NCBI RefSeq assembly: GCF_964188315.1
Contig: NC_135656.1
Coordinates: 60,388,001-60,452,000, forward strand
Direction: 5' to 3'
Source: Podarcis muralis
Taxonomy: Eukaryota
Length of the DNA: 64,000 nucleotides
The first letter of the stretch is position 1, and each line of letters starts with the position of its first letter. The notes below the pieces were generated by a model. That model saw nothing but the letters and a program-made list of their open reading frames with translations. It ran no database searches and was not told where the DNA came from. Shown piece after piece: positions 51,432-63,796 of this stretch. A program made the translations under genes and the position numbers.

Positions 51432-53975
51432 CATACAAATTGTTGAAAGCTTCCTTGGGAGGGTTTGCGTCCTGAAAAAGCAGTGTATAACTATTTTAAA
51501 TAAGTAACTAAATAAATTAATCTTCCAATTCTATGGTAATCTGATTTGTGATGTTTGGGTCACAACAATGAATACCATATTGATGACTCTCTTTCTAGCC
51601 TAACAGTAGCGTGAAGCAGGTCAAACTAATCAGGGTAACTGCTTTATTACCATGAAACATATAATCCCTTTAAATGTTTCCTGCAGTGCAAAAACATTGT
51701 CAGCTGCAGGGTGATAACACTTTGAGCAACTGCTGATCAGCCTTATAGCTGCTCGTCATCTGCTATTCACAGCAGATTGATTTATTTATGCTGAAAGTAT
51801 TCTGGAGACATACTACTGAAATTAAAATCCTAAACATTTTCCTGTTTCTGTGTATTTCACCACATTTGTATATTTCACCACATTTGTTGTAAAATGTATA
51901 AATGCATTTAGAGGAGAATTTAGTTCTTTTTCTACTGTGATTACCAATCCCAATTCTTTCCTCCAAAAATGAAATAGTCCAAAATAAAAATAACATATAA
52001 AGACACTGTGGCTTTGACAGTCCCTAGCTGCACCCATTGCAGTGTTGTTCCAACATGGCATGAATTGCCAGTAGTTATAAAGATTACATTATAATACTTA
52101 CTCACTGCATACTAATTCTATATCTGTAATTTGAAAGCTGTTTGGCATGAAGTCTTATTTCAAACACACCGGGTCACTGATATTTTGGCCTGTGAGTACT
52201 GCTATGTTGACAACTGATCCTGCACAGCACTTTTCCAGGTGTAAACACAACCTTGGGCAGATGTGAAGTAATGCAGAATCAGAGGCAGTTCCTATCAGGG
52301 TGTCAGTTTATCAGTGGTTTATGAAACATTCTCCCCATTTTTCAATTTTTATTTAGACCCTAACATGAAAACTATCCAAAATTCCCCAAATCTTGCTTGA
52401 AGTAAAAAAGAGAGGGGATTAACCTATCTAAAGAAACAACGCTTGAAAGTAGGCAAGATTTAAGCCTTTCATTTCTCTGTTGCGCTGGGACGAAGAGCAG
52501 TCACATCCACCCACCCAAAGAAGCTGCCATTGTTACCTTTGGCACAATGGACAACATATAAACAGCAACAAGATCAGCTGGGAGCAAGAAAAGGTATCTG
52601 GGACTGTAAAATAATCAAAGGAGGCTATCTCAGAGTAGCACCAATAAGAATAGCATGGGCTGTGTATCTTAATGTATTGTACTGTTGCTGTTCAGAGACT
52701 GTTAGTTAAATGTTGATGGTACTGAATTTTTTTATATTTGTTGATTTATCATTATGAATTTGTTGGCATTAATTTATTTACATATTTTATCAACTTTATA
52801 TTACTTGTATTTTTGATACAGTTGTACTGATTGTGCCAACTTACTTTCTGTTGCTTGGGATGTCCTTTCGGAGAGAAAACATTTCCTGATATTTTTTTCT
52901 GTAATCTTCAATGCAAATCATTTCAAACTGAAATATTAGTGAGTTACAATGCTCTTTAAGCGATTTCCATCAGCATTAGGTATTTTCAAGCACCTGGTGG
53001 CCACACATCTTCTAAAAAAACTTTGAAAACTTTCTAAGATTTAAATCTTTAAAATTTCTGATCCTTTCCATTTTCTCATACCGGCACATGTCCTTACAAC
53101 ACATTCTGTAACATTTCAGCAATCCTAATATACAGATGCACTATAAAATGTTCTGATGACAAAATTAGGAACGTTTGCTTTATTCAACCAGACCCTTAGA
53201 AAAATTTAAGTCACCTCATTAATAAGGCAGAGCTTCAATTTGTCTTCAGATCATGCTAAAGAAATGTGTGCTTTTAAAAGCTACCATCCTAGCAACATGT
53301 CAGAAAGATAACTGGTACTAAAAGGTTAGCACCTCATAAATGCTTCCGACAGCTACTTAACAGGAATCCCATTCTTACTACTTATCTGCTGCAAGTTAGT
53401 AGTATGATTATGTAGTCTAAAGCAACACAACTTCCTTTTTATGCTAAGATACATAGAACTAGACATAAGATACATAAGCCTGTAAAACAAACAAGGTTTA
53501 TTCTTGAAAGACCTTTAAACAAGGAGACAGCCAAATATTACAGTCATATGATGGTTTGATGTTACATGAACACTCTCAGGCTTGTGTGCTCCCTTCCCTC
53601 CTCCTTAAGCAGTCTGAAGCCCTGCCTCCCTGCCTTTTTCATTCAAACTAGATTGACAATGATTTGCTGCAAAAAACCCCTGCAAAATAAGAGAACAGTG
53701 TGTGCACCTAAGGTTTGTTCATGCGATACCAAACCATTATCTGAAGTTATGTGTGAGCCGGACTGCTAAGTGCTACCCTGAGCAGAATAATGTTCATCAA
53801 TACGTATGAGTACAAGAATGGAGAAAAAATGTAGCACATTTCCTTTAGTTTTACAGGAATATATGTATGGCTTGACATCAGAATCCATGTTCACTCTTCC
53901 AATTTCTACCAGAGAACTTAGAAAAATGGCAACTACAAAAGGTTTGGTTTCTCATGTCTAAAGGTCTTCTCCATA

Positions 53976-54201
53976 CAGTGGTACCTTGTGTTACGTACCA
54001 TCCCCTTATGAATGCTTCGGGTTACACGCTCTGCTAACCCGGAAGCAGATGCCCCTTGTTGCGAACTTTGCCCCAGGATGCGAGCAGAAGTCGCACTCCG
54101 GTGGCGCGGCAGCAGCGGGAGGCGGCATTAGCAAAAGTGCACCTCATGTTACGAGCGGTTTCCTGTTACGACTGGACCTCCAGAGCAGTTTAAACACACT
54201 G
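53976..54201. mobile_element. Diverged Tc1/pogo MITE related to 3319-3560
   Basis: TA-CAGTGGTACCTTGTGTTAC; shared GAACTTTGC..CAGGATG and GCGGCAGCAGCGGGAGG; right TIR degraded. Confidence 0.75.
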
Positions 54202-56252
54202 AAAATAGTGACTGTAGTCTAGAAAGCAATGGTAGTGCCCTCTAGTCTACTGCTGTAGTTATTTAAACAGAAGCCTTTTTGCATATGTGTGCATGACACA
54301 CCTACACTTGCGTATGTATACATATACACATTAATGTACACCACAAAGCAGTATTTGAATCAGAACATGCGGTCACTCTTGTGTGTATGTTATATAGATT
54401 CTTAACAGGCTAAAGAGTATTTGCAACCAGCAGAGGTTTTTATCATCAAATGCTTCCAAGGCAGTTGGAAAATTGGAAAACACACTAAAACAATAAACAG
54501 AAACACACAAATTAATATAAAGGACCATAAAGGCAGCAGATCTAATAATAAAACCATAAAACAGGAAGGTCAGTAGATGAGAGAAAGGAGAACATGAGAA
54601 CACTGTATGACAGCAAAAAAATGCAATTAAAAGAGAAAAAGCCGCTGAGGGCACAAAAGAACAGGGCTGACTTACTCTGGCATTAACAAAATTAACCAAA
54701 AATGTGTCAGGTAAGCATATCTGAATAAGTATTTCTATGGTACAGGCTTTACCACAGAAATGAGTGTACTGCAAAGTGAGCTGATTCATTGCTTGCTACA
54801 GCCTCAAATGTTCCTCAAACCTAAGAACACTAACAGCAAAGCTCTTAGTTTATGTCCCACAAACCTTCCCTCAGTGCACAAACAGTCCAATGCACTTCAT
54901 CTGGAACTGAACTGCTAAAATTAAAAGAGCACAGTTATGCTCACACTTGTCTTCTCTGCCTGAGCAATTTTCTATGGCATTTGACAGTATGACAGCAGCC
55001 TGCTAGCAGACACAATGGAGTCACACTTCCTCCCTGAACTAACTTGACCCTGGAAAGATGCTGTTGGGGGATAACTCACTGCTGGGACAATTCAGCCAAA
55101 ATGTGTTCCAATTTTTAAAAACCGAGATCTAGCAGAGGCAGCTCTTGCAAAAGTAACATAAAACAGTGTGATGGAATTTAAGGCATCTTACATTAGCACT
55201 GGAATAGGCAATAAACTTAAAAGACTTGGGGATATAAAGTCCAATGGGTTGTAGTATGAACATTGTGCTTTATTAGGCTTTTCAAATATCTTGCAGAACA
55301 CAGCCTTCTAAAAATATTGTTTCTGCAGCAGTTCAAGATCTGATACCATACCTGCTGATGAGGCAAAAGAAGGTGGGGGGAGGGAGGGAGCAGCAGCAGC
55401 TAACAGCTCACACAGCGGTGTAACTATCCATATGCAACTATCCAGCACCCAATAGGACTAAAAATCCCAGCTGAATACAGAGTGATAAATGCTGGTATAT
55501 TTGGACATTAAAGACAAGCCAAAACTGAAATTATTCTACAGCACCAGATCCTAGACACAGACCTGTAATTACAGGGATATATAGTAATTTGTTTCTGTCC
55601 ATTGAAGCAGCAGAGCGCTGTACCTGCCAGCTATACATATGCCTTCCAGAAGCTATATCTGGTTTCAGATCAGGGGATTTAGAAGCAGCAGTTTTGAAGC
55701 TCCATGACATCAGGGCTACATCAGAAAAGGCAGAGAGTGAGTTTATTACCATTGCCTTGCTATTTCTTCCATTAAAAGCCCATAGCTTAGTGCAATGTGA
55801 CTAGTGAACACAAAACACAAGCCTGAAAGGTCTCTGACCATTAAGACTTTATGTAAGGTCCTTTAGACAAATCTAAATGCTGAGAGTCTTTAAACACAAC
55901 ACATTATTTATGAAATGCGAGTTTATAGTTTTTGTGTGGACTTATAATTGAGTTTTTGAAGTACATGACTGATGTACTGAATAAAATACAATGATTAATT
56001 AGCCCAAGCATAATGCAATTATATAAACACTTCCAGTTTTAAGTTATGAAGTCACCAAAATAAGAGGCCATGTGTTTCTCAAAATAAAAATATTTTCCAT
56101 CTTTAATATGGTAAACTCCAGCACATGGTTTGAGAGGTAACCTACAAGCTAGTTAAGATGCAGAATTGTATGGGGAAATTGCCTTGTTGTTTAAATCTCA
56201 AGATTTGCAACAAGCATTTAATACAACTTTTATAAACCCCCTTGCCCTTCAC

Positions 56253-57218
56253 ATCTGGCAAGCTAGGGACAAAGGTGAGAGTTGTTTCCTGGTTCTGCTG
56301 GATCTCTCAGCGGCCTTTGATACAATCGACCATAACATCCTTCTGGACCGTCTAGAGGGGTTGGGAGCTGGGGGCACTGTTATACAGTGGTTTCGCTCCT
56401 TCCTCCTGGGCCGTGTTCAGAAAGTGGTGGTGGGGGATGAGTATTCAGACCCCTGGGCCCTCACTTGTGGGGTGCCTCAGGGTTCAGTCCTCTCCCCCAT
56501 GATTTTTAACATCTGTATGAAGCCGCTGGGAGAGATCATCAGGGGGTTTGGACTGGGTGTTCATCAATATGCAGATGATACCCAGCTCTACCTCTCTTTC
56601 AAATCAGAACCAGTGAAGGCGGTGAAGGTCCTGTGTGAGTGCCTGGAAGCGGTTGGAGGATGGATGGCGGCTAATGGATTGAAGTTGAATCCTGACAAGA
56701 CAGAAGTATTGTTTTTGGGGGACAGGGGGCAGGCTGGTGTGGAGGACTCCCTGGTCCTGAATAGGGTAACTGTGCCCCTGAAGGACCAGGTGCGCAGCCT
56801 GGGAGTCATTTGGGACTCACAGCTGTCCATGGAGGCACAGGTCAATTCTGTATCCAGGGCAGCTGTCTACCAACTCCACCTGGTACGCAGGCTGAGACCC
56901 TACCTGTCCGCGGACTGTCTCGCCAGAGTGGTGCATGCTCTAGTTATCTCCCGCTTGGACTACTGCAATGCGCTCTACGTGGGGCTACCTTTGAAAGTGA
57001 CTGGGAAACTACAACTAATCCAGAATGCGGCAGCTAGACTGGTGACTGGGGGCGGCCGCCGAGACCACATAACACCGGTCTTGAAATACCTACATTGGCT
57101 CCCAGTACATTTCCGAGCACAATTCAAAGTGTTGGTGCTGACCTTTAAAGCCCTAAATGGCCTCGGCCCAGTATACCTGAGGAGCATCTCCACCCCCATC
57201 GTTCTCCCCGGACGCTGA
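56253..57218 (+). pseudogene. L2 ORF2 reverse transcriptase fragment
   Basis: Open frame with intact YADD; apparent frameshift near 57180 diverts the C-terminus; the ORF start at 56166 lies outside the element. Confidence 0.9.
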
Positions 57219-57499
57219 GGTCCAGCACCGAGGGCCTTCTGGTGGTTCCCTCATTGCGAGAAGCAAAGCTACAGGGAACCAGGCAGAGGGCCTTCTCGGT
57301 AGTGGCGCCCGCCCTGTGGAATGCCCTCCCATCAGATGTCAAAGTGATAAATAACTACCTGACATTCAGAAGACATCTTAAGGCAGCCTTGTTCAGGGAA
57401 GTTTTTAATGTATGATATTTTAGTGTATTTTTGGTTTCTATGGAAGCCGCCCAGAGTGGCTGGGGAAACCCAGCCAGATGGGTGGGGTACAAATAATAA

Positions 57500-57549
<50 letters not shown>
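56253..57549 (+). mobile_element. L2 LINE, 5'-truncated about 1.3 kb, with (TAT)n tail
   Basis: RT motifs LLDLSAAFDTIDH, GVPQGSVLSP, QYADDTQLY, RLDYCN, LHWLP; 3'UTR and TAT run 57501-57549. Confidence 0.97.
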
Positions 57550-58077
57550 CTCTGCCCAGCATCTGCACTCTTCAGATGGGGCACTGCTGAGCATTCTGCA
57601 TGTCCCAGAGTTGCGTTTAGTTTAAGAGTTTTTGAGAAGGTTGCGTGTCGAGGTCCCCAAGCCACCCCAAATAACTCACACATCACACAGAAATTTTTGT
57701 TTAAGGTTTTTGGCATAATTTTGGCCACAACTTTATTAAAATACAAAAAAATGTGAGTGGTTGCTTAGGCATTGGTTGCAACTATCTGGGATAGACTGAC
57801 ATTTTGCAAGCCTGCGAAAGTCAGAAAAGGGGAATACATTTTGGGGATAGTGACAGAGCAGGGAACCTGCCCTCAGCCCTCCCCAAATGCAACCAGGGGC
57901 TCTTGCGTGGCCCTAGCCCCCTGACAGGGTTTGGACAAAAGCAATTATGAGCCCCTGTATTCCTTTAATGGAATACCCTTGCAGCAGCAGCATTAGAGGG
58001 GCAGGCACAGCCAATCCATGCCCCTCAAGCAACCAAACCAAAAGCCAATGCCTTACCACAACCTTACAAGTTGTGAC

Positions 58078-58370
58078 TGTTAAGTTGTGGGTGAACATAT
58101 CAGACGACACAGCGATTCTTCCGAAGCAGCTCTTTATTTGTAAGCTGGAACAGAACTGAACTGAAGGCCTCAGTCAGCCTGCTTATATAGAGCTCCAGTA
58201 CCTTGTTACTGTAACAACTTTCTAAAGCTATCCAATCACTGAACATCACTTTCGATCCTTCATTTGCATACAAACTATCCAATCACTGTACGTCACTTTC
58301 AATCCTTCATTTGCATAACTATCTACAGTATCCCCCTGCTGGCCCAGGGTGAGAACTTCAGTACATAACA
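58078..58370 (-). mobile_element. Solo LTR, 293 bp
   Basis: TGTTA...TAACA termini, perfect 5-bp TSD GTGAC (58073-58077, 58371-58375); on minus strand TATATAA (58183-58189) then AATAAA (58133-58138). Confidence 0.9.
58228..58317 (-). promoter_or_regulatory. Duplicated U3 module: octamer plus CCAAT box
   Basis: Two 43-bp copies (58228-58270, 58275-58317), each with CCAAT and ATTTGCAT. Confidence 0.6.
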
Positions 58371-59025
58371 GTGACGATTTGCTACGCAGTAGGCAAAAAC
58401 CAAATGGCCCCAGCCAATCAGCCAAATGGACAAAATTCCTACTGGGTCCCTGCCCCAAGAGCAGACAACCCCATGACAGGCATAGCAAGGTCAATGCAAA
58501 CAACCCTAAATATAGGGAGGGGGGTGGGCAATCCGATGAATGCACGCCTCGTGCAGGGAGTTTTAACGTTTCTAGCTGTCAATCACAAAATGGCAACATT
58601 AACTTCTTCCCAACAACAAGGGAAGCCCAATCACAACAGTGGCCAAAGATCAATTAGCCCGCCCCACAATTTTGGAGTGTCTTGTCGGCCCTCACCGCAA
58701 CCCGTGCTCTCCATGAAGGAGAACACTCTTTTCCTTCACACAACTCTTATTTTCAGGATAAATGTGGTGTCTGTATTTTGGATGCTCATTCAGGTAAGCT
58801 TTAAATGGTTCAAGATTATTATTTTTGAAAGAAGATAACTGTAGAATACTTTACTGATAATCAGAGCACCTCAGAAAGGTTTTAAGTGTGGAGCTAAAAA
58901 GTGAACCAGCAAAGACATTGTTTACACACTGAAAAAACAATGATATGTTAAAAAAAATCTAATAAAAATTAAATATATAAGAAAAAACAAAACAAAACAG
59001 GCTGATTACCACAATGCCTGCAAGG

Positions 59026-59178
59026 CGGTGCTTTTCTTCTAGAAAAAATGGTGCTGGTACCCATACTCACCATGAAGTTGTTGCAGTAAGTGCCACACAT
59101 TTAACCAGTGCTTTACTTGTAGGAAAAGAAGTGCTGGTGCTGAATACCCTTGAGTACCACCAGAAAAAAAAACCACTG
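59026..59178. mobile_element. hAT-like MITE related to 13536-13622
   Basis: CGGTGCTTTTCTTCT / AGAAAAAAAAACCACTG imperfect TIRs. Confidence 0.5.
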
Positions 59179-59412
59179 GTGAAAGGAATGAAAACTCTAG
59201 ATTCCTGAGGGCTTAGTACTGCATTTTTCTCCATCTGTTCTGCCACCCTGTAGGATGGTATTTACCAGCAATGCAAAAGCTTGGCTAAGGCAGGAGATGA
59301 CATTTAACAACTGTCTGTTACAAAATCCATTATCTGCATTTGGACATCCTCGAATGTCAGAAGGAAAATGCACCAAGGTGACCTTGTTTCAGTATGTTTG
59401 GATCTTACTTTC

Positions 59413-59415
<3 letters not shown>

Positions 59416-59482
<67 letters not shown>
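59416..59482. repeat. Compound microsatellite (TC)n(CA)n
   Basis: TC run then CA run. Confidence 0.97.
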
Positions 59483-59485
<3 letters not shown>

Positions 59486-59628
59486 CCCAACACCCAGTAT
59501 GAATACTGCACAATTTTCTCAGCCCAGGCTATGCCCAGGTTTTCACATTCAGGTTTTCATATTCAGTGATGCTTTAATGGCTTCAGAATTCAAGGTGTGA
59601 TGTCAACCACTAAGTTTCATAGAGTTGT

Positions 59629-59824
59629 AAAAAGGTAAAGGTACCACTGTCCGTTAGGTCCAGTCGCGGATGACTCTGGGGTTGTGCGCTCATCTCACTT
59701 TCAGGCCAAGGGAGCCGAAGTTTGTCTGCAGCATAACTAAGCCGCTTCTGGTGAACCAGAGCAGCGCATGGAAACGCCGTTTACCTTCCCACCAGAGTGG
59801 TATCTATTTATCTACTTGAACTTT
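59629..59824 (-). mobile_element. Sauria SINE (Squam1) fragment
   Basis: AAAGGTAAAGG tail; GCGCTCATCTCACTTTCAGGCC..GGGAGCCG; GGAAACGCCGTTTACCTTCCC; TATTTATCTACTTG. Confidence 0.85.
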
Positions 59825-59825
59825 A

Positions 59826-60003
59826 ATCCAGCCTCCTGCTTAATACAAGGAATTGAGAACTAGAACTTCTCAAGCAGATGGCTGTCCAGCCTCTGCTTAA
59901 AGTCCTCCAGTAAAGAAGAGTCCACATCCTGGGTAAATGGTTCCATTGCAAAACTGCTCTTACCATTAATATGTTTCTCCTAATGTTCAACTAAAACCTA
60001 CCG
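59826..60003 (-). mobile_element. CR1 LINE 3' fragment
   Basis: GATGGCTGTCCAGCCTCTGCTTAAA...TTCCATTG..AACTGCTCTTACC...TTTCTCCTAATGTTCAAC, typical of the reverse of CR1 ORF2 ends. Confidence 0.75.
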
Positions 60004-60412
60004 TACTTTTTAATTTAAGACTATGAATAACCAAGGGAGCAGTTTTGCAAGCTCCTTTACCTTTCACTGACCAACTCGCTTTTCAAAACAAAAGAGGGAA
60101 AAAACCTGTCACAACTTTGGCTTCACCGAACAATGAAAAGAAGAATTTGAAACACAATCTATAAATTTTACAATTGACATTTCAAGGAGTCCCTTAATTT
60201 TTGCAATAAAAAGGGAATAGTATCTTCATAATTTCTAACATCCAGAAAAAAGAGAGCAGAGAGGTTCTTGTGACTGCTTGTATTATATCATTTTAAATGG
60301 TAGACATTTAATTTTTCTGTAAGCAAATGTTATGCTAAAGGCCTAAGATCCCAATAAATCAGGAAAACTGCACTTGAAATTGCTGAACAGTTGTTCTTAC
60401 TTCTAATGTGAC

Positions 60413-60446
<34 letters not shown>

Positions 60447-61474
60447 GTCACAGTGAATGACTAAGTAAGTAACAGAGCCAAATATAAGGATATACTGTAT
60501 AATGGTCCCTCCAATGCCATTGAGATATTATGTCACATATATGCAACTCCTCATGGTTTATGGTTTGTATTTTTAAAAAACACCACAAAGCATCTGAAAT
60601 TTACAGACCTATTGTGCACAGTCCCATGTGAGGCTCCATGATTCATTTTCCAGGCTTCAGCTAGCATATGAGATTTTAAACTTTGATTTCCACGTCCTAG
60701 CTGAAATTTATATCCCGAGTTAAACTAAATGAAATACCAAAAAAAAAAGAATGGCTATTGCTGATGAAACAATGGCTGCTAATCTGCAGTCTAATTGCCC
60801 ACTTGCAAAGGAGGCAATTGTGTCAAGAAAATGGGAGCCAGATGAATTTGCATATGACCTACTCAACCCAACTAAAGTGAGGAAAGAGGAGACTAGAGCC
60901 TAAATCCATGGTAGCCAATTTAGCACAGACTTGCTGTTTTCAGACTCCAAATCCCACGAATCCCAGCCTGAATTGGCAACAGCTGAGAATGACAGAGCAC
61001 GTGGTCTGAAGGGTACTCAGCTAGATGGATCAACGGTCTGATTCAGTATAAGAAAACTTCATCCATAAAATACTCTTGTCAGTGGCAAGACTATATGCAA
61101 AAGCATAGAACTGCCTGAAGAGTTCAGGTGAATAAGGAATTTTTTTAAAGTTTAGAGAAAAAACAGTCAAAGATATCTCCTCTGAGGCTTGTTAGAAATG
61201 GGACACTCTTTTCCACTCCATTTCAGTTATATTTTCTCATCCATCTGGATTCATATCTCACAGAAGAAACACAGGAACTGCACTTCTGCTTTGGTGAAGT
61301 TCATATGACTTGGCATAAGCAGTAGCCAACTTATGTCTACATTATAAGCTACTGCAGTAGCAGATTTCAAAAGAAGCAGCTAAAGCCCATAAAATGTCAT
61401 CATTTATCTTGATCACTTGCGCCACTGTATTTATACAACCTTAACTGTGACAAGTCAGAAATAGGGACTCCAGA

Positions 61475-61525
<51 letters not shown>
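61475..61525. repeat. (TAT)n microsatellite
   Basis: Perfect TAT run. Confidence 0.97.
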
Positions 61526-61530
<5 letters not shown>

Positions 61531-62818
61531 ATTTCAATAAATATTTAAGAAACCAATGCATGTAGCAACTGAATACTAACAAGATTCATGAGCTTAATAA
61601 GAACTAGTCTACATGGTAGCAGAACACAGGTCAAATGTATGTTGGCATATTTCAGGGGTTGAACTGCTTTTGTACCTGAACATCTCCCTTTTACAGATCT
61701 ACTTTTACAGTGTAAGTTGTCATGTCACCAAAAAAGCTGTTTCCTTACTTGCCTAATGAACTTTACTCCCCCAGTTATATTGCTGGACTGCTGCCTTTAA
61801 AAAAACAACACCTATGAATAATTGCATAAATTGTATAATTAAAGGTTGGGAGAAGAATGAACAAGGCAATCTAAAAAATAAACAAATGACAGCAAACCAG
61901 GTAGGTTTATATTGTACCCAGAACAGAGAATGTGCAACCCAACGCATGAGAAATGTTGGTACCACAATTTAGTTGGGTAGATTAAAGCAAGACTGCAACC
62001 AATAACCAACGCCGACATGCTTATAGAAAATATAATTGTTTGGACAAGGGTATGAATTTTCATTTGTTCTGTAAAGATTAAACTTAACTACATCATTGTG
62101 TAAGATATGAAACCATATAAAACCATGTAAAATCGTTAAAAGATGGTGACCAAAAGAAAACACACCAGCAGCAACACAAAAATAGCGATAAACATCCGCT
62201 CAAAAAACATCTGTTACTGACTGAATTTGGGGAGGGAAACCAAAAACAGGAAGTTTACGCTTATTTAAAATAATCTTTCTCTTGCATGCCACTACAACAG
62301 TGTATATGGTCAATGAATTTATATAAAAGTTGCAGTCCTTAGAGATGTAATCCCACAAACACAGTAAATAGGACTACATGCAGAAGATAAGTTTATAATA
62401 CTGCTTCCAGCTCTCTGAAAATGTTTTATTAGCCATGGAACACACATTCATGTTTCCTGTCCCAATAAGCTCATTAGTGAACTTGTTTTGCTTGTATCTT
62501 GGAAATGTTGGTGCGAATGTGCAGTAGTAGCCACATTGTAGCGAAATATGTATGTGTGTTTTGGTGAAAGAGCATCACAAAAAGTGAATTAACGCAGAGA
62601 TAATCAATGAGGTGATCTTGAGGTGATGGGAGCCAGGACTGTCTTTAGCATATGCGCCACCGGGTTGCAAAGATCCGCCCAGCACCCCCTGGGGGGGGCA
62701 GGTCAAAGTTGTTGAGCTTTCTTTTAGGGGCGCAAGTCTAAGTTGTTGAGCTTTTAAGGAGAGGGTGCAGCAAAAACCGCTAACATGAAAAAATAAAAAG
62801 CAAAACTTGATCATCTGC

Positions 62819-63796
62819 AGTTTTGACGTTACAGGAGCCAGAATCCAGCACTAAAAGAGTTTTAGAACTAATTCAAGAATTTGGTCAGGTGGCAGGATTT
62901 AAGTTGAACAAGTCAAAAACTAAGGTCTTAGAGAAAAATTTAACATTGACTGAAAGAGAGAAGTTTCAGAATGAAACAGGTTTAACTGTTGTTAAGAAAG
63001 TGAAATACCTGGGGATTAACATGACAGCTAAAAATGGGAATTTGTTTAAAGATAATTATGAAAAATGTTGGATGGAGGTGAAAAAAGATTTAGAAATTTG
63101 GTCAAATTTGAAGCTTTCCTTGTTGGGTCGAATTGCAGTTATAAAGATGAACGTATTGCCTAGAATGTTGTTTTTATTTCAGACATTGCAAATTGTGGAC
63201 AAGATGGACTGTTTCAAGAAATGGCAGAAAGATATTTCTAAATTTGTCTGGCAGGGCAAGAAGCCCAGAATAAAATTCAAGATTTTAACTGATGCAAAGG
63301 AAAGGGGTGAATTTGCCCTGCCAGACTTTAAACTTTATTATGAATCAGCAGCGTTTTGCTGGCTGAAAGACTGGCTACTTCTTGAGAACACAGACATTTT
63401 GGATTTAGAAGGTTTTAACAACGTTTTTGGGTGGCATGCCTATTTGTGGTACGACAAGGTTAAAGCACATAAAGCATTAAAAAACCATATTGTTAGGAAG
63501 GCATTGTTTAATGTTTGGATCAGATATAAGGATTTATTGGAAAATAAAACCCCAAGGTGGTTGTCACTAATGGAAGCGAAAGCTCAGAAAAAGCTCAATA
63601 TGGAGGCCAAATGGCCGAAATATTGGGAAATTTTGGAACAAGAAGGAGATAGACTGAAACTGCAGAGTTTTGAAAAACTAAAAAACAAAGTGCAAGACTG
63701 GCTTCATTATTTTCAGATAACGGAGGCTTACAATTTGGATAAAAAAGTTGGCTTCCAGGTGGAAAAATCTAAATTGGAAACAGAACTGTTATAACC
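62819..63796 (+). mobile_element. L1-clade LINE ORF2 fragment (end of RT and downstream region)
   Basis: 323-aa ORF with GFKLNKSKT, VKYLGINMT, LSLLGRIAVIKMNVLPRMLFLFQ, FVWQGKKPRI, FALPDFKLYY, characteristic of L1 ORF2. Confidence 0.92.

Larger units (their letters stand above)
57880..58720. repeat. GC-richer interspersed repeat (LTR/DIRS-like, unclassified) hosting a nested solo LTR
   Basis: GC shift on both sides of the 58078-58370 insertion; termini not defined. Confidence 0.35.

Noticed and set aside
54373-54789. 138-aa minus ORF and nearby CCAG-A-GTAAGT
   Set aside because: Low-complexity U-rich sequence; no coherent exon with a plausible length and frame.
55589-55804. ORF containing SGFRSGDLEAAVLKLHDI
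   Set aside because: At best a faint echo of the LINE RT QSGFR...ETAL motif; too weak to call as a host exon or a defined element.
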